Notes under the pieces: generated by a model
Seen by the model: the letters and a program-made list of their open reading frames with translations, nothing else
What the model was told of the DNA's origin: nothing
The model's database searches: none
In this document: positions 60,050-64,000 of the stretch, one piece after another
Numbering within the stretch: position 1 is the stretch's first letter
Layout: every line of letters begins with the position of its first letter
Made by a program: the position numbers and the translations under genes
Source of the DNA: Eledone cirrhosa
Taxonomy: Eukaryota
Direction: 5' to 3'
DNA: 64,000 nucleotides
NCBI GenBank assembly: GCA_964016885.1
Contig: OZ024744.1
Location: 51,336,001-51,400,000 of the forward strand

Positions 60050-60182
60050 GTACATAGGTTAGTGGTTTGAGTGTTAGGTTTACAATCGTGAGATTGTGAG
60101 TTCGATTCCTGGATTGCGCTTTACATTGTGCCCTTGAGCAAGTCACTTTGCTCCAGTTCACTCAGCTGTAGAAATGAGTTGA
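60050..60182 (+). mobile_element. CORE-like SINE head (family S2)
   Basis: Box B GAGTTCGATTCC followed by TTGTGCCCTTGAGCAAGTCACTT. Confidence 0.65.
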
Positions 60183-61619
60183 GACATCACCGGGACCAAA
60201 CTGTATTAGTTATCCCCTTTTACAACATCCGTGGGTCTTTACCCTCACACACCCTCCACTATTATGGATATGTATGATCGGTGATATTTGAACACTGAGC
60301 AGGATTTAAACTCGGCGTGTATTCTAAGGTAGGCATGTGTTCGTACCGGGTATTGAGGAGGGTTTATGAGAAGAGGGGGTGGTGGAGTACAACTGACACG
60401 ATCACAACACATCATTGGTATACAATTTATCTCAACGATAACTTTGTTTTTCACTGTCTCCATTATCGATAAAATCAAGTGCCAGACAGATACTTTGAGG
60501 GGTGGGGTGAGAGTCACTTCTGTCTGTCCGTCTATCTCTAAATTGGTTAATCTGCGCTGTGCAAGTACCAGTGGGAGGTTGACCGCTCACAATATCTTCT
60601 TCAAGAAATGAGGATTGAATTAAGGCAGGGTAACATGGTGGTAGAGGTGAGGTGTTCACACCCAGTGTTTCCTTCCTCCAAGGAATGAAGTAGGAGAGCT
60701 CAATGAGTGGCCCTAATTTTCCCTAACTTAAGCTACAAACAAATAACCCCCCCCCCCCCCAAAAAAAAAATAAACAAAAAAAAACTAGAGATCAGGGTGA
60801 GCGGAATGTGAGAACGCTTAAAGGAGGATGGGGAGAGGGAGGGGGAGGAGGAGGAGGTGAAGAAGAAGAAGAAGACCTATGTTATCTGCTTCTGTTGAAT
60901 GCCAGAACGATTGACCCCAATTGATTTGAAGACTTATTGGAAAGGAAAGAGATGTAGCGTTTTGTTGGGAGAGGAAGTCAATTATATCGATCCCAGTATT
61001 TGACTCGTACTTTATTTTATCGAATGAAAGGCAAATTTAACATCGGCGGTATTTGAACAGGAACTTAAAGGGCTGGGACGAATGCCGCAAAGCATATTGT
61101 GCCATGCTCTGTCGATTCTGTTGATGTCTTGCCCTGAGAATCTTTCCGGTCAGTTCTCCAAGAATTTCTTCTGAATCCATGTCTAGTTTGGTTTATGAAA
61201 GTTCTGAAAACACAGAGTTTGATCGTTTCTTGTAAGATGTCTTTCTACAGTTTCCCTCGGACCATACACTGTTGGCCCGGCGGGAATATTGTTGGTAACG
61301 CCTTCACCTACTCATTATGGATGTACTCCATGGTGTTTGTTAAGCAGAGTTTTAGAACATTATTCAGACTCTTTAGGCAGAGCACCATTTTTTCCCAATG
61401 AAAATCATGCTGGACAAGTGAAGGTGGGATACTGTTTGTCTTTGTCCTTTGTTTCCGTCACGGCGTTCCAGAGAAAATACTTCACCACATTTGACATTGG
61501 GGAGGTTGAAATCACTCAAGAGAAAGACGATGTGGCGGTCCAGTTGGTTTAATACATTTTCTATATTAATATTGTTTCTGACGAAGACGGTGAGATGAAT
61601 TTGTAGCATCGAGACTAAC

Positions 61620-61672
<53 letters not shown>

Positions 61673-62123
61673 TAAAATAACATTATATATATTAAACTTC
61701 TACTAGAATATAGTCATAACATGAGCAGAAAACAGACCGTAGCTTAACGAATGAAGAGAGAACAGAAAAAAAGACACAAACACCAAATGATGCAAACCTG
61801 CACCCACATAAAACACACGTAGACCTGACAAACAATAAAAACATATATACACACACACAGACGCATGCACACACACGAATCACAATAAACACACCATAAA
61901 ACAATCAAAGGCCAGATGGATTAGAAGTTTAAGACCAGGAAAAAGAGGAGGCACTCAACAGATAATCGTTGAGGAGGTCACATAATGTGTGACGAAAACA
62001 CTTTAACAAACAAATGAATAAGAACAATGTAGATTAAGATAAAGTGAAAATTCTATGGTGCGTGTGTTTCTCTCTATTGGCAATATTCGCAACATGACCA
62101 TCCCAAAATATAACAATATATAT

Positions 62124-62179
<56 letters not shown>

Positions 62180-62451
62180 GTACATACACAAGCATACGCG
62201 AAAACAAATAATAAATCTGATATATATATATGTATGTGTGTGTATATGTATGTGTGTATGGATGTATGTATTATGTATTTTTATATGTATGTATGTTTAT
62301 ATGTATGTAACCGTCTGGCAAGGACGGTGAGATGGACCTGTATTATCGAGATCAATAATATGGAATTACATAACTACTATCGATTAGACACTATATCGAT
62401 TCATCATGGTCAATCAACCTTCTCAAACGATCGTAAAACAATGAACTGATT

Positions 62452-62508
<57 letters not shown>

Positions 62509-62516
<8 letters not shown>

Positions 62517-63071
62517 ATACTTTGGGAGGGTCATGTTGCCAATAAGAAACACACGCACCAGTTGCTTTCACTTCAATTTATTATATATTTATAAATTTCT
62601 GGTTGGTTGGTTGGTTCCACAACCAGATAGTTGTTTATATATAGTCATAGTTCTTTTGTCACACACTCTGTGACCTCTTCAGTGACTGAGGATTCCTTTC
62701 TTTGTTTCTGTGCCTCTCCTTTGTTCTGTCCTACGCCATTTTGTTTCTGTGTGTGTGTTGTGTGCTCAGTCTGCGCATGCGCCACATCCGGGTGTCTGTG
62801 TGTGTTTATGTTCATTTATTTATTTGTTTATTTACATGTTACTGGTTGGTTGTTTGTTCTATGTGTGTGTGTGTTTTCATTTTGTCCTTAATTGTAAGTT
62901 GTGATGTTGCTGTTCCACTCATATTTTCTATTTAATTTTGGTTGTAATTCTTTTATGTTTATTGCCTCTGTAATTTGTCTAAACATTGCGTCTTTTCTGT
63001 GTGTAGATTCTATTTTTATTTCTATGTTCTCTAATTTACCCTTGTGTGACCCTCCCAAAGTATAACAATAT
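62509..63071. mobile_element. Non-coding element bounded by perfect 25-bp inverted termini
   Basis: ATATTGTTATACTTTGGGAGGGTCA ... TGACCCTCCCAAAGTATAACAATAT; related termini at ~56826 and ~62095-62120. Confidence 0.65.
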
Positions 63072-63382
63072 CGGTTTCAACACACGATTTCAGATAAAGA
63101 ATCTTGCTAAACAAATTCAGAAACGAAATATATATATATATATATATATAAATGGAAAAAATGAAATTTCATTTCTCACTCTTAGTATGGCTGATACTTA
63201 AATATAAGTATGTATACGTACATACATATATGTATACAGACGTACAGTAGTATATATATACATAAATCCATGCACACATATATATATATATATATGTTCG
63301 TATTGGTTTACCGAACATTTATTATAATGTTCGATTTGTTTGTAAATAAACAGCCCGAATTAAGCCGTACAGTGTTCGGCAA

Positions 63383-63440
<58 letters not shown>

Positions 63441-64000
63441 ATAAATTAACGAAGCCATAGACTCTCGTTATTCCCTGTCAATAATGTGCTCAAAAGAAAA
63501 GAAATCCCGAGCTCTTTAAAATACAATATGTTGAAAAGGTAACACATTAGAGAGAGATAGTACGCCATCAATAAAACAGAGAAAACCACCAGTTCAGTGG
63601 CGAAGGGTAACCTGGAAAGCAGGGCATGCAGTCCAATCGCCATGGCGTAAAGTGGGGCTGTGCAGCCTTAACCCCCCCCCCCCCCCCCAATTCCCTCTAA
63701 ATGACCCACCGGTCAAAGCCGCATGTAGTGTTATCTAGTGAGTGTGTGTGTGTGTGTGTTTTCTTTTTATGTGTCTACGATTTAGAAAGCAGTCAAAATT
63801 CTGCTTGCCCCAAAGCTGTCGCGTGTTTGTGTGTATGTGTGTGTGTGTGTTATCTTTTTGTGTCTATACGTTTTAGTAAGAAGCCAAAATTCTGCTTGCT
63901 TCAACCGACGTAATTGATCAACTCAAAATTCTATAACGCATGCACTGCATGCGTTGCATGCACGGACCCTTCGCCCCTGCACCAGTGTATGGAATCTATA

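Overview
Eukaryotic, extremely microsatellite-rich DNA, most likely a cephalopod (octopus-like) genome, inferred from the SINE families, the (TA)n/(CA)n load and a lophotrochozoan-type FoxA. The only credible host gene is a FoxA/fork head ORF (4145-5446, minus strand); almost all other ORFs in the track are microsatellite artefacts. Directly upstream of FoxA lie about 5-6 diverged copies of an ordered three-motif module, followed by three co-oriented CTCF-like sites. The (TA)n tracts carry several families of short elements containing type I hammerhead ribozyme cores. Two of these cores look fully intact (15042-15107 and 20117-20181), a third has all catalytic residues but a U.U pair opening stem II (25755-25803), and many copies are fold-back hairpins. 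A Penelope-like RT fragment (55875-56426) represents the plausible mobilising class. About 24 kb (28.3-53.1 kb) is a 17-bp then 67/46-bp satellite with higher-order duplications and a cleanly inserted, 5'-truncated Tx1/L1-clade LINE. tRNA-derived SINEs, an RTE 3' end and a TIR-bounded element are also present. All calls were made by eye, so repeat boundaries are approximate.
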